Source: Flectonema sp. DT1601 (lineage: Eukaryota). From it: a stretch of DNA of 64,000 nt. This document shows, in pieces, positions 25,101-36,104 of this stretch; within the stretch, counting starts at the first letter, position 1, and every line of letters starts with the position of its first letter. The stretch is taken from assembly GCA_964019425.1 (NCBI GenBank), contig OZ025783.1:744001-808000 (forward strand), given 5' to 3'. Below the pieces are notes generated by a model. That model did not search any database. It was not told where the DNA came from and saw only the letters and a list, made by a program, of their open reading frames with translations. Position numbers and translations under genes: made by a program.

Positions 25101-26727
25101 ACCAACTACAGTGCCACTAACCCCGGCGCCGCTAACATTAGTTCCACTGAATGCCATCACAACGACACCAATGCCACTAACCCAAGCATCACCTCAAACA
25201 GATTCACCCTCTACTGGAGTAACTTCAATAGAATTAAATATTTCGTCTGAAATAAAAGCAGCGAGGAGAGCATTAGCGACCTCAACTGACACCACTGCAG
25301 TATTCGCTTCGGTGAGTTCTGTTGCTTCATCACCAGCAGGAGGATCTGCTGGAATGTTAGCAGTCACTCTTACTAAAATAAGTTGTAATGAGAACCTTAG
25401 AGACACACTGGAATTACCGACACTCATAAGTCCACTGAATCTCAAGGTTGACGGAGTTTCACTAGCTGGTGCTGTTGTTGGTAATATTCTGCTTTGCATC
25501 TCCATTGCTGCGTTATTAGGAATGCTGACAGCTTTACTGAGTGTTACTAAATACTCAACTTGGAACTCTGCTGCTAGTGTTGTCAGATGTCCATCAGCTC
25601 TGTACATGGGAGTGTTGTTCTTTTTCAGTGCGACGTTGGATTGCGCTGCAGATCTCGTAATCTACCCAAGAACAGTACTGACAACTATAATTGGAATCTG
25701 TGGGATATTGTTCACAGTAGGTAGTGTGTATGGGATGTGGAGAATGGGAAGGGAAGTTCACTTTCAGTCAGACATCGTAAGGAACCCTGCTGTGACATCC
25801 TCATGGGGAAAATACATAATAGGAAGTAAAGGATGGGCTTCCGTAAGGGGTACTCATCACACAGAGAAGTACGGAGTCGTATTTGATATCTACAAAGACA
25901 CTTCACTTTGTGTTCGTGGTAGATTTCTATTTGTTGAGGTCCTACAAGCAATCCCCTTAACCATTCTTGGGCTAACCCGTCCGGGTACACACGAAACCTG
26001 TGCCATTCGTGCTTGGATGATGGGACTGGTTTTCTTTATTTACGGTTTTTTGTGTTCTCTCTATTCTCCATTTCTGGCACCTTTCTTGAATCACTTGATT
26101 CCTCTTCAAGGATACATCCCTGGTATTGCAATGGTACTGTTTGGTTGTGGTCACTTATCAAAAGAATTTCACAAACACTGGACCACAGCAGCAGGAACCT
26201 ACGTAGCAATGATTGCCATGTACATTGCTTTAATTAGAGCCTGTTTTGATATTTTCATGTGGCTGTACGAATTACGTTCTGGAATATTTGGATCAGGAAG
26301 TAGATACCCACGACTTCAAGAAGATAGTGATTCCAAAGGCAGTGATGAGATGGATATTTGTGAAATGGATTCAAGCTTTCTTAGTCAACCGGCTGTAGCG
26401 CCTTTGGAACGTCCGCTGCCCCCGCGGAGTTCGAGTTACGAATTGCCTAATCAGATAGAGAAGAAATCCCACTCATACATTGATTTCAATCTTGATTCCG
26501 GCAGTAGTTTTACACCACGTCGGGTATCATCTGAGCCTGGGGGAAGCTGTGAATGGCAGACCCACTCCCAGAAACGTCGTCGTTCTGTACCTCGAAGTGC
26601 TCACGGAAAGGAACTTCAAGAATCTCTTTTATCAAAACAAGTAATCGGTTCTATTATTGGTGACCTCGATAATTCTACATGTGATAAGGATGATGGTGTT
26701 TACCGAGTTATGTATGGAAAGATATAA
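22153..26727 (+). CDS. Surface/membrane protein: signal peptide, small Cys-containing domain, very long Pro/Thr repeat stalk, multi-TM domain, Ser-rich tail
   Basis: Hydrophobic N-terminus MWIPPIWVVLLLMIDIVSG; about 850 aa of PPTP(V/I) repeats; several hydrophobic helices after the stalk. Confidence 0.85.
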   Translation: MWIPPIWVVLLLMIDIVSGLTETYSTTTTIARRASIDTTFSSSYTFLTLQSIRLVIVESGCFIGDSEFKFQLSSASCGVDQKILDDEDDCDPSCTHPLSGTFSCSQATSDWVLNYKNRNSLCDVTEFSYVLTVSSVPPTPIPPTPVPPTLIPPTPVPPTPIPPTPVPPTLVPPTPIPPTPVPPTLAPPTPIPPTPVPPTLVPPTPIPPTPVPPTLVPPTPIPPTPAPSTPIPPTPVPPTPIPPTPVPPTLVPPTPIPPTPVPPTPIPPTPVPPIPPTAVPLTPVPPTPIPPTPVPPTPVLPTLVPPTPIPPTPVPPIPPTVPPTLVPPTPIPPTPVPPIPPTAVPLTPVPPTPIPPTPVPPTPVLPTLVPPTPIPPTPVPPIPPTVPPTPVPPTLVPPTPIPPTPVPPIPPTAVPLTPVPPTPIPPTPVPPTPVLPTLVPPTPIPPTPVPPIPPTVPPTLVPPTPIPPTPVPPIPPTAVPLTPVPPTPIPPTPVPPTPVLPTLVPPTPIPPTPVPPIPPTVPPTPVPPTLVPPTPIPPTPVPPIPPTAVPLTPVPPTPIPPTPVPPTPVLPTLVPPTPIPPTPVPPIPPTVPPTPVPPTLVPPTPIPPTPVPPIPPTAVPLTPVPPTPIPPTPVPPTPVLPTLVPPTPIPPTPVPPIPPTVPPTPVPPTLVPPTPIPPTPVPPTPVLPTLVPPTPIPPTPVPPIPPTVPPTLVPPTPIPPTPVPPIPPTAVPLTPVPPTPIPPTPVPPTPVLPTLVPPTPIPPTPVPPIPPTVPPTPVPPTLVPPTPIPPTPVPPIPPTAVPLTPVPPTPIPPTPVPPTPVLPTLVPPTPIPPTPVPPIPPTVPPTPVPPTLVPPTPIPPTPVPPIPPTAVPLTPVPPTPIPPTPVPPTPVLPTLVPPTPIPPTPVPPIPPTVPPTPVPPTLVPPTPIPPTPVPPIPPTAVPLTPVPPTPIPPTPVPPTLVLPTPMPPTPAQPTPMPLPTPVPPTTVPLTPAPLTLVPLNAITTTPMPLTQASPQTDSPSTGVTSIELNISSEIKAARRALATSTDTTAVFASVSSVASSPAGGSAGMLAVTLTKISCNENLRDTLELPTLISPLNLKVDGVSLAGAVVGNILLCISIAALLGMLTALLSVTKYSTWNSAASVVRCPSALYMGVLFFFSATLDCAADLVIYPRTVLTTIIGICGILFTVGSVYGMWRMGREVHFQSDIVRNPAVTSSWGKYIIGSKGWASVRGTHHTEKYGVVFDIYKDTSLCVRGRFLFVEVLQAIPLTILGLTRPGTHETCAIRAWMMGLVFFIYGFLCSLYSPFLAPFLNHLIPLQGYIPGIAMVLFGCGHLSKEFHKHWTTAAGTYVAMIAMYIALIRACFDIFMWLYELRSGIFGSGSRYPRLQEDSDSKGSDEMDICEMDSSFLSQPAVAPLERPLPPRSSSYELPNQIEKKSHSYIDFNLDSGSSFTPRRVSSEPGGSCEWQTHSQKRRRSVPRSAHGKELQESLLSKQVIGSIIGDLDNSTCDKDDGVYRVMYGKI
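22558..25110 (+). repeat. Coding tandem repeat: 15-bp (PPTPV/I) base unit organised into 210-bp and 195-bp higher-order units
   Basis: The marker ACTGCAGTGCCACTGACTCC recurs, e.g. at 22981, 23581 and 24001 (600 = 195+210+195; 420 = 2x210). Confidence 0.95.
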
Positions 26728-27646
26728 TTCATCTCTTCACTGCTATAGCATACAACGATAAGCAGTCAAGGATGACTGCTCTAGCATCTCTGGTATTTTA
26801 ATTTCGGAGGACAATCAATATGCTACTTTCAGAATGTTGCCATCTGTGTGTCGATAATAAATATTTTTTAAATTACTACAACAAAATTCCCTCTCGTTGT
26901 ACATCGTTATCATTGTTGCTTACCCTTCGCTGATCTCAATAAGAAGCCAAAGCAAAGTGGCCATCTTTAGCTTGTCCGATAGGCTCATAGCGATTAATGT
27001 TTTCCGCTCTCTCCATTTCCTTTTTTTTATTATTAATTGTGGTTTAGCTGTACTGTTCGCTGATGCTGAAGCCCATCACGTGAAACAAAATATTTTACAA
27101 CTCGATTGAGTAAATCTTCTGAGACCAGTATTCTTTGTAGTTCAATTGACTACACAGAATCTCTGGTTCTTGCTCTGAGAGTGTGACACATCGGCTGCCG
27201 TGCTTGGTTGAAACTGTGAAATATGAACGGTACAGCTTCTTAATTTGTGTGGTATATAATTTTTTTTAATTTTTTTTGTGTGAACGTTATTTTTATACAA
27301 CGTATCTGGTAGTCCGGCGCAGTTACGACGTTAAACTGACTGTCATCTTACCTGATCCTTTTGGTTTTCATTTCTTGCTGAGTGATATGGCTATGTGCTG
27401 CCCAATTTTTTGTGGTTTTCTAAAGCTTTTCGGTAAGCACACAGTACAATTATAATGCTTTGGACAACTGGGGGGAACGATCCTCGGTACTGTTCCGGGG
27501 TTTTCTATTTTCTTTCGTGGAGTGTGGGCATATGGCACATGTTGTCGTATTATAAAGAAAGATGTAAATGAAAGAAAGAAGATTTTTTATTTTTTTCACC
27601 TTCCCCACTCCCAGATCATTTCTCTTTTATTTTCTTTAGTTGTTTA

Positions 27647-27762
27647 CAACCTGTTAGCCTCTTGGCAGGGTGGAGGCTAGAAGTCGATCACTTCCAGCCA
27701 ATATTATGAACTACAATCTTCGCGATTGGGTCCTTACTACCCAGACCTCGTAGTCATCAGTT
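27647..27762. repeat. Copy B (most complete) of the dispersed structured repeat
   Basis: Hairpins GGCTAGAAGT-cgatc-ACTTCCAGCC, CAATC-ttcgc-GATTG and ACTAC-ccagacctc-GTAGT, followed by CATCAGTT. Confidence 0.7.
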
Positions 27763-28828
27763 TGTAATTTGCTTTTTAAAAAAAAAAAAAAAGTATCCGC
27801 GGTGCTGTTAGAATGTTGTCGACACACCGCGCTATGCCATGGAGTTGTTCTTTCTGTAGCTTCTGATGACAGATTTCAGATGTCTTCAATCAACTACTTG
27901 GGTGTTTTCCTAAGGATATCTATTTTTTTTCCTCATCTTTATTAGTCAAGATGATTTTCCCCCCCTCTTTTTTTTTTTTTTTTCCCTCCTCCCTCCGCTG
28001 TTATGAACAAGCAAGAAAAATGAAAATGTTTCGTCAGGGGAACAATTCCCTTTGGATTCTTCATTGTATTTAATACATTTCTTGTTACTTGGTTATACCA
28101 TTTTTGGTCATCGTATGTGTCTGATATTTGAATTCATTGAATCGACTCTGCGTTCCTTTTTTTGAATTATAACCTTTGAGAATAAATATCAGCTTTCAGA
28201 GAAGACACTCAATTTGACTCTTCTCTCTGCATCCTTAATTTTTTTATTAAAATTTTTTTTGGATTAGAACTGAAAAAAAAATTAAAAAAAAAAAAAAAAT
28301 CAACACAATGTTATTGAGTTTTTTTTTTTTTTTTTTTAAAAAAACTTAGAATGAATATATTTTACAATAAATACAAAACAAAAGAAAATCCCTAAGGATC
28401 GGTGTATATTTTCGGTTCAAAATGTGGCGATACTGTTTTTTTTTTGGTATTTGTCAGTCGCTTTAGTCTATTCTGTAGATTTATTGTTTTTTTTTGAACA
28501 TAATAACCAGAAAGAACTTCTCCCGGTCTCGACGTAATTTTCCGAAAATGTATTATTTTTTGGGCGAACTTTTCAAAGTTTTCAAAAACGAATTTGACAA
28601 CTATTTTTCATGAGCGGAACGCCAATTTATTTATTGATTTCTATAAATGCTGTTCTATTGAAGAAGATCTGTTCTCCAGTTATAGACGATATGAAATTAG
28701 TTGGGATAGCATTCAGCATATTCTCGATTTAATTTCTTGTTGTCCTTTGGCAGTCTAAACTGCCTATCACCTTCAATTTCTTATAGTAATTCCTGTTGTC
28801 TATCTTTGCCCTTCTTTTTAAAGTCTTT

Positions 28829-28923
28829 GGGAATCGATCCTTCCGGCCTAACTGTAAAAATACAATCTCCGTGATTGGGTCTCAACTAGCGCGGGTTACC
28901 CGAACCCCTGACAGTCATCAGTT
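28829..28923. repeat. Copy C of the dispersed structured repeat
   Basis: GGAATCGATCCTTCC...CAATC-tccgt-GATTGGGTCTCAACTA...AGTCATCAGTT, collinear with copies A and B. Confidence 0.7.
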
Positions 28924-30254
28924 CCGGACTTGCTAACCAAACTAATATGTCTTCTCCCCTTTTTTTAATATTTTCAATTTAGTGCACTTTCTTATAATTT
29001 ACTCATATTCCAATTATTCCAATCGTCTTCTTAATTTGTCAAAACGCGATGAGTAATAGGACAAGCGTGATATCGCAATATTCCCTTTATCTTCTTCTCT
29101 GAGGAGAACTGAGTAGGGATACGGTCCGAAGAAATAATTCTCCATTTGTTTAATCGTCCTTTACGATCCAGTGGTTGATTTGATTTATTATTTTTTTTTA
29201 ATTTATTTTGTGATAACTGCTCGCTAATAGACTAATACTAACTGATAAATATTTCTATTGCTGTTCCCATCGGATGCTTCTGAAGGTGAGTCTTGCGTGC
29301 TAAAATAAATAATGATACTTTTAAGCCTAAAATATCACATGTGCATCTCTCCTGTGTTTTCCCCCTCCTCCTTCATATTTGCTGCTGGTCTCGGACCGCT
29401 CAGCTACATAGAAGGAGGAAAGAAACAAAAAACAAAAAACAAAAAAACAAGTCCGTATCCACAATTGTGGTTCTGAGTTGTTAAACCTGCTAAAATGTGT
29501 TTTTTTTTTTTTTTTTTTTTTTGCAGTTTTTCTGTTGATGTTCACTAAAACCTGCATCCACCTTTCCACTATTCATGATAAACTATGGTATCTAATGTAA
29601 ATTGTGTATCAGCTCTGACCTGAACACTTTGGTATTGACATCAATACCGATCTCAGTTTCTTTGCACTGATAAATTTCTTAAGGTGCGATGCTACTTCAA
29701 CAATCCATGCAAAATCTTCGGATATGGCTACGGATTGGGTCCTCTATATACAGTAACGTTGGATTATTTTGCTAACAGTCGGGAGGTTTATTTGAATTCT
29801 TTTATTCTCTCTGATGTGTTTCTTCACTCAATGATAATACTAAATAAACTTACCTCTCATCCTTAAAAAAGAACAATTTTTTAAAATAATAATAATTCGA
29901 AAGTATTAATCATTTTTTTTTTTTTTTCCCCTATTCGTAATAGTTGCGATGCAGCAGCTGTTTGGGGAAATACAAAAAAGAATAGACTAATTTTTAAGGT
30001 ATTTTCAATTATGAAAAAAACAACAACAACAAATCGTTATTTTTTTTTATTCTTTTTTTTAAATCACTCCCACATATATTTTTTTCCAAATCTAGCTCCG
30101 ATTCATATTGTTGTACCGTCAGTATCTCTGGGTGCAAAAAAAAGAAAAAAAAAATAGAACACAATACATTTTTTCACAAAAACGAAATTATTTACTCATA
30201 TTCCATTGTTTTTACAGGATGGACACGATGAAAGAGTTGACATGTCATGGCTAG

Positions 30255-30283
30255 CTACCCAGACCCCTTCGTAGTCATCAGTT
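30255..30283. repeat. Partial copy D of the dispersed structured repeat
   Basis: CTACCCAGACCCCTTCGTAGTCATCAGTT versus CTACCCAGACCTCGTAGTCATCAGTT in copy B. Confidence 0.65.
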
Positions 30284-30372
30284 CTGACTAACAAACTCTT
30301 TTTTTATTGTTATGTTCTGTATTCTAACTAGTCTTATTTTAGTCATGTAGGAATTAATTAGCTACCTGCAAT

Positions 30373-33300
30373 ATGGACAGCAACAGTTCCCCTCCTGAGG
30401 GAGCACCTGAAGGAGACGGAGAGCCGCTAACGGCAGAGAACAGTTATCATGGAAATAGTGCGAATGGTGTTCCAAATACCAACCCAACTAGTAGTGCGAA
30501 TATGATGTTCATAGAATTACACTACATGACTAAAGTACCACCTCAGTGGTGTCATCCAGACAGTGGAGGGTCACCAGAGTATTCGGAGAATGTTTATGGA
30601 TGGGAACTCGATATTATGTACCCGACCATGAAGAATGATTCAAATAAAGAAACTGAAGAAGATGGAGAACAAGAAAAGCAACCCCATCAATTAATTCATA
30701 CTTTCACTGGAGGAAGACTTCATGACATTACGACATCTATCATGGACACTATCACAAATGATGTTCCTCCCAATATGAAAGTTGCGTCAGAACGAGCGGA
30801 AACAGTAACAGATGTACCTGGGCCTTCTGTTGTGAGTAGTAAGCACTCTAAACTTAGTTCACATAAAGAGTCTACTTTACATACCAACTCTCCTCCTTCT
30901 ACTTCAAAGACGGATAGCGTTGCTAACACTTCTGTTGTACAGAAGAGTGCTACAGATCCTAATTCTGAAGTACAAGCTGGGGGGACATCAAGTAGTGGTG
31001 TTCCACCTGCCTCAGAACCTGCTGCTATTGAAGTTCCGGCGGGTGTGTCTTCAGAAGTAGTAACTGGCGTAGTTAAAACTCAAAAAGAAGAAACAGATTT
31101 GGGAGTTGTTTGGTCTCTGAAAACAGAACCACCATCAGACGATCCATCTTCAAATACCGAAAACAGTCCTCCTCATATTGCAAAGATATCTCTCACAGAA
31201 GAAGATATTGATATTATTCAACACGCTGTAGATGGCAATCCCTTTCAGTTTCAACTTCGTCGGGTTCTCCGCACTTCAAAAGCCTCACCCGACTGGGAGG
31301 ATGTCAACGAATCTCGTTATCGAGTAGTCGGAACTATTCCAATGACTGGATTTGCTGAACCCGGAGTAGACTCAGTGATTCAGGATGATATAATAGTTCG
31401 ACCTCCTGCTGATGATCCATCTAGGGAAGATAAAAAAGGTAAAAAGGCCGCTCCCAAGAAACCCGTCAAAGGTTCTGCTCCTGCCCCGGCCTTCTTAACA
31501 ACAGAGGAAGACTTCGATTCACAACATCCCTACGACAAGTGTGGAACCAGAATTAGAATCAAAATTGGTTTTGAAAAGGCCATTGTCTGCCTACCTAGTG
31601 AGCGTCCAAAACCTGGACTAGTACCTGCAGATGTTATTCCAAAGAGAGTTAGACAGCTGAAGAAGCAACCAGATGCTTCAACATTACTAACTAATGAAGT
31701 TAAGGAGATTGTGTCTGCTGTTGTTTCTGACTACAGAAAGTTTACTCCGCCACCAGACAAAGCTGTTGACGAAGCGACAAATCGCGCCAGTTTCCTTCGC
31801 TACCTAAACACTTCCGGTAGATCATTCGCCCATCGACAAAAACTAAAGCACTGCATCATTAAAATCGTAAAAGAGAAGTTTTCCAAGCGTCAGGGCACTT
31901 CTGCAGCCGAAATGGAACCTTTTTATAACGAACTGTACGTCTACTTGTTGGATCAAATTCACTACAGCCTCAACTCGATGTTAAATAGAGAAGAGCTACA
32001 GGAGCCTGGTATGTGTCGGTTTTATTACTTGTGAGGGAATAGGTTTCCTTGTCTTCCTGTGTCTTTAATATAACAACAACAGGATACCAATCAGAAGAAG
32101 TATTAGTTGATAAGTGGTTACGATTAGCAACAGAAGCTGAGATTGTACACGAGTATGAGATAGCAGAGAAGTATCATCAAGAAAGATTAGTACATGGTGA
32201 CCCTTCATCAGGTAGTGCTGGGGATGAGTTACCGACTGTTTGGGGTGACTTCGCTAGATACTACCTTCGTATGCGAGATGCTATAAAAGCGGAACAAGCA
32301 CTAAAGGAAGCGATAGCAATAGACTTCTCCCACACCCCTTCTTTAGTAGCTTATGGATTACTTCTTCTCTGTAGAAAGAGAGAGAAAGAGGCTGAGGTAT
32401 TTCTTCAGGCTGCTGTTGATGTGGACTTGACATCAGCAACACCCTGGGCGTGTCTTTCTTTATATTACGAAAGACTTCTGCTGTCATCTGCTGAACCTGA
32501 AGAACAACATTCGACTACTGAACGATGGGCCAAATACACTCATCAGCAAGCCCTCCGTGCCATGGCTGGAGATGCTGTTACTCGTTCAGAGAGTGAACCA
32601 GCAACACTTAATGGGAGTAGTGATTCTTTCGAGATGTATAAACTGTATGTCTTTTATTAAATATTTCTTTACCATTTCATAACGTTCTGTGAACGGAGTA
32701 CTTGGATGGTACTCTGCAATGGTACTCGTCTTGAACTTGAGGATCATAAATCAAACAAACAGAATTGTTGACCTCTCACTCTCTCTTTCACTCGAGGTAC
32801 TCACTGAACACTCACTCGATGCTATAAGGAAACTTAAGGGACAATTAACGGTTTGTCAGTTTTTATAAAGTTGTAATTTCGAATTTTAATATAAAACTTT
32901 AAAATAACATCCAAACAGCCTGATCTTATACTAAAGGAAGCTCGCATGTACTTCCAGTTGAAACAATTGGATAAAATGAGAAAGTGCATCGTCGAACTAT
33001 TACAAGACAAAGGAATAACTTCTGCACAAAAAGCTGAGGGGCATCTCCTATTGGGAGAAGCATACAGCGATATGGGCAACGCTGACGTGGTTATCGGAGA
33101 GAAAACTTCACCAGCAGCAGTCTTAGCGGAGGAGAATTTTGACCAGGCATTACGAATTGACGAATCGCTTGTGGAAGGATCATGTCTCTTTAAGTTGGGA
33201 AATATTTATTACTCTCTAGGTCGCTATGATAATGCGAAGGATTCCTTTATATCAGCCGCGAAGAAATGGCCCACCAGCATTGCCTGGATGGGTGTCGGAA

Positions 33301-33749
33301 TCGCCAGCTACAGAAGTGCGAATTATGACCACGCAGAGCAAGCTTTAAATGAATCGAATGTTTTGAATAACTTGAATCCAAAGACGTGGGCATTCATTAG
33401 TTTAGTCTGTCTGAAGCAATCTCCTGGTAGAGAAGAAGAAGCAGACCAGGCATTTCATCAGGCACTCAAGTTGGGACTAACAGACGCAGCCATCTTCTCC
33501 GAAATAGGAGTCGAGCAATTCAGCTTAGGCCGCCTCAAACTATCCGAAGCTGCCCTCACCCAATCACTGTCGCAGGAAGACCTTCCAATGACGCACTTAC
33601 TACTCGCTAGAACCTTTACTTCATTGAGAAGGTTTGAAGAAGCGAAACATCACTACAAAATTGTAAAAGAAGTCTCAAGCAGAGAGTCAGAAATAGTGAA
33701 AGCAACACAAGAATTAGAGCATCTTGCAGGACTCGAGGAAAATACCTAA
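30373..33749 (+). CDS. CFAP70: CFAP70 (TTC18)-like flagellar TPR protein; 4 exons (30373-32008, 32083-32644, 32763-32850, 32919-33749), 1038 aa
   Basis: Motif LNTSGRSFAHRQKLKHCIIKIVKEKF...FYNELYVYLLDQIHYSLN is typical of CFAP70; C-terminal TPRs (AEQALNESNVLNNLNPKTWAF). Three GT-AG introns join the three listed ORFs and an 88-nt exon in frame (3117 nt in total). Confidence 0.8.
32009..32082 (+). other. Spliceosomal intron, 74 nt
   Basis: GTATGT...TAACAACAACAG; phase 1, frame restored. Confidence 0.85.
32645..32762 (+). other. Spliceosomal intron, 118 nt
   Basis: GTATGT...TCAAACAAACAG; phase 2, frame restored. Confidence 0.75.
32851..32918 (+). other. Spliceosomal intron, 68 nt
   Basis: GTTTGT...ATCCAAACAG; phase 0, joins in frame to ORF 32946. 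Confidence 0.8.
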
Positions 33750-34030
33750 CCAGTTCATTGCTTTTAGATTCGTTCTGTAGCCGGTTTCTGCACCATTTTT
33801 CTTAACTTACACTCTGCTGACTGACAGTTGTTTGAGCAGCAACAGAGTAGCAGGAAATACCCACATACTCTTTCTTGTATATACCAAGTCCAGAACTAGA
33901 GTTCAGGATTTATTACTTTGGTAGTTGACATAACTCTTTTATTTACCTTTTCTTAACTACAGCAACTGTGACACCATCGTTTACTGTAGTTTTATTGTCA
34001 CATTTTTTATTTATATAAAGCCCCTTTAAT

Positions 34031-36104
34031 ATGTCGTCTACTGCTGTATCGGTGGCAGAATTACGGTCTCATGATGTCGCAAGTGGGACTCCCTGGACAG
34101 TTATATCGGGAAACGTCTACGATATAACTTCCCTCTTGGATTATCATCCAGGTGGGAGAAGACCACTTGAAGACTCTGCGGGAGCCGATGGAACAGATCT
34201 CTTTGAGAAAACTGGTCACAGTCAAGAAGCTAGAAAACGGTTGGAAACCATGCGAATTGGAACTCTTAAGCAAGACTTGAGAGAACCAATTTCAACTGAT
34301 CAGACTATACCTCCGATGACAGTTGTTGAAGTAAACAATCCTAATAATGGTGAACATAGATGGAGAGGAATGTATCAATTTACTAATCATGAAGACGGAT
34401 TGGCTGTCGTATCATTTCCACCACCTCACCTTCAAAAAGGAATACCAAAAAGTCACTTAATACAAGCTGATCCGTATGAATGTGAAACTATCACGTATAC
34501 TAAAGAGAAGGGGAAAGACTTGGGACTTTTACACAAAGGTCAGTATTGTATTGGAGCACTACCAGGGTCTATTGCATATAAACAAGGTGCTACAAGATTT
34601 ACTTCACGATGGATTGAATCGATAAATGACTTAGAAATTGAAAAGATCACTTCTGACGACACTTCCGCATTCAGCATTGACCTCCCTGATTTGGAAACTG
34701 TTTGCATACGATACGGAGGCATGGCACCTATTCCACGTCATTTAGTGAAACTAAACCCTCCTGTCAACACTCGAGGACGAGTACTTCAGGTGACCGTAAA
34801 CGGTACTATTTTAATACAGCCACTAACTGGCAGTGATCCTAAAGAGTTTAACAGAGGAGAATATGAAATATGCACTGGAGAAGATTCATTTCTTCAAAGC
34901 GACTCTTCAAAGTGGCACGCTGCTAGGAGAGCAGCCATACTGGACCAGAGCGAACACCAAATTGAGAAATTGCCGAAATTTGAGTCAAAAACCCTTCCAA
35001 TTGCTTTCTTTGCTTGCGTCCTTCACTTCTACGCAGCTGTTGTATCAAAAAGATCTTCCTTTTTATGGGTTGTGTTCCTAGCATATACTGTTGGAGCCTG
35101 GTGTAAGATGCTTCAATTTGCGATGGCTCATGAGGTTTGTCACAACGTGGCCACTAGTTGGCTTGCTGCCTCAAAAAATGCGAGACTTCGATGTCTTCGA
35201 TTGATGACTCTGCCGTCAATAAGTTGTAATTTATATAACTATTACTATAACCATCACTTAGGTTTGTTTATTTTATTTTGAATGAGGTATGAACTGTAAC
35301 AAAAATAGTAAATAAAACAACACAGGTCATCATGCTTTACTCGGAAAGCAAGTTGTTACCGAAGCGATTGATTCCTTTTTAGAAGGAGACGAAGTTGATG
35401 GGGATTTACTTCATGTTTATTCACATCTTCTTCGAAGGCAACTTCAACAGTTTGAAGCCGCCATTGATGATGGAAAAGTACTTCGTGACTTGGTCAGCAC
35501 TCCTATCGCTGTGGGAGCAAAATTCTTTAGAGACTCATTTTACCACATGTTTCACTTTGGATTAATGTTGTTCTGGTCAGGGATGTCTTTTTTCTTGTGG
35601 TCAGCAATATCGTTCGTTGAGATTATCCAACCTCGTGCTGTAACAAAGCCACCGATGTATTCTGAAATGGCAGACTTAGGACCCCAAACTATTCTTTGGT
35701 TAGTCGTGTATTTTATACTTGTTTTCTGGGATGAAAATTGGGGACTTTGGGGAATTTTTAATCTAACTTTGTACTTGTCTCTTTCGGAATTGTTTTTAGG
35801 TGGATTTCTCGCGCATCCCTTTGGGGCGTACTTTCTTGGTGTACATCAATCTGCACCAGGCAGTCATGTTTGTCAACCGACTCAGAGTTGTTATGCTTCG
35901 AGGTTTTATTCACTAATAACATGTAATCTTACTTATCATGTAGAGCATCACGACTTTCCTAACCTCCCTTGGACTTCCCTTCCTCGTCTTCGCGAAATAG
36001 CACCTGACTACTACAACTCATTGAAGTCGTTACCTAATCCATTCGTGACACTTTATCGTTACTATTTTGGAGGGAAGTCTTGGTTGTATGCTTGTGGAAT
36101 ATGA
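34031..36104 (+). CDS. Cytochrome b5-fused membrane desaturase of the DES1/DEGS (sphingolipid delta-4) type; 2 exons (34031-35261, 35326-36104), 669 aa
   Basis: N-terminal b5 motif (VYDIT..LDYHPGG...AGADGTDLFEKTGHS). His boxes: HEVCH, HHLGHH (assembled across the intron) and YHVEHHDFPNLPWTSLPRLREIAPDYY. Confidence 0.85.
35262..35325 (+). other. Spliceosomal intron, 64 nt
   Basis: GTTTGT...AAAACAACACAG; splicing rebuilds His box 2. Confidence 0.9.

Noticed and set aside
22558..25110. Possible CRISPR-like array
   Set aside because: No unique spacers; it is an in-frame coding tandem repeat in a eukaryotic gene.
22536..25160. Long antisense ORFs (874 aa Gly/Val/Thr-rich; 822 aa Arg/Trp/His-rich)
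   Set aside because: Shadows of the stop-free Pro/Thr repeat on the opposite strand; they begin and end with the repeat.
28830..28840. tRNA B-box-like GGATCGATTCC on the minus strand
   Set aside because: No cloverleaf or clear A box around it, so not a tRNA gene.
27647..28923. Canonical hammerhead or HDV ribozyme call for the structured repeat
   Set aside because: The hammerhead GAAA is absent in all copies and no complete HDV double pseudoknot could be built by eye; kept only as a hypothesis.
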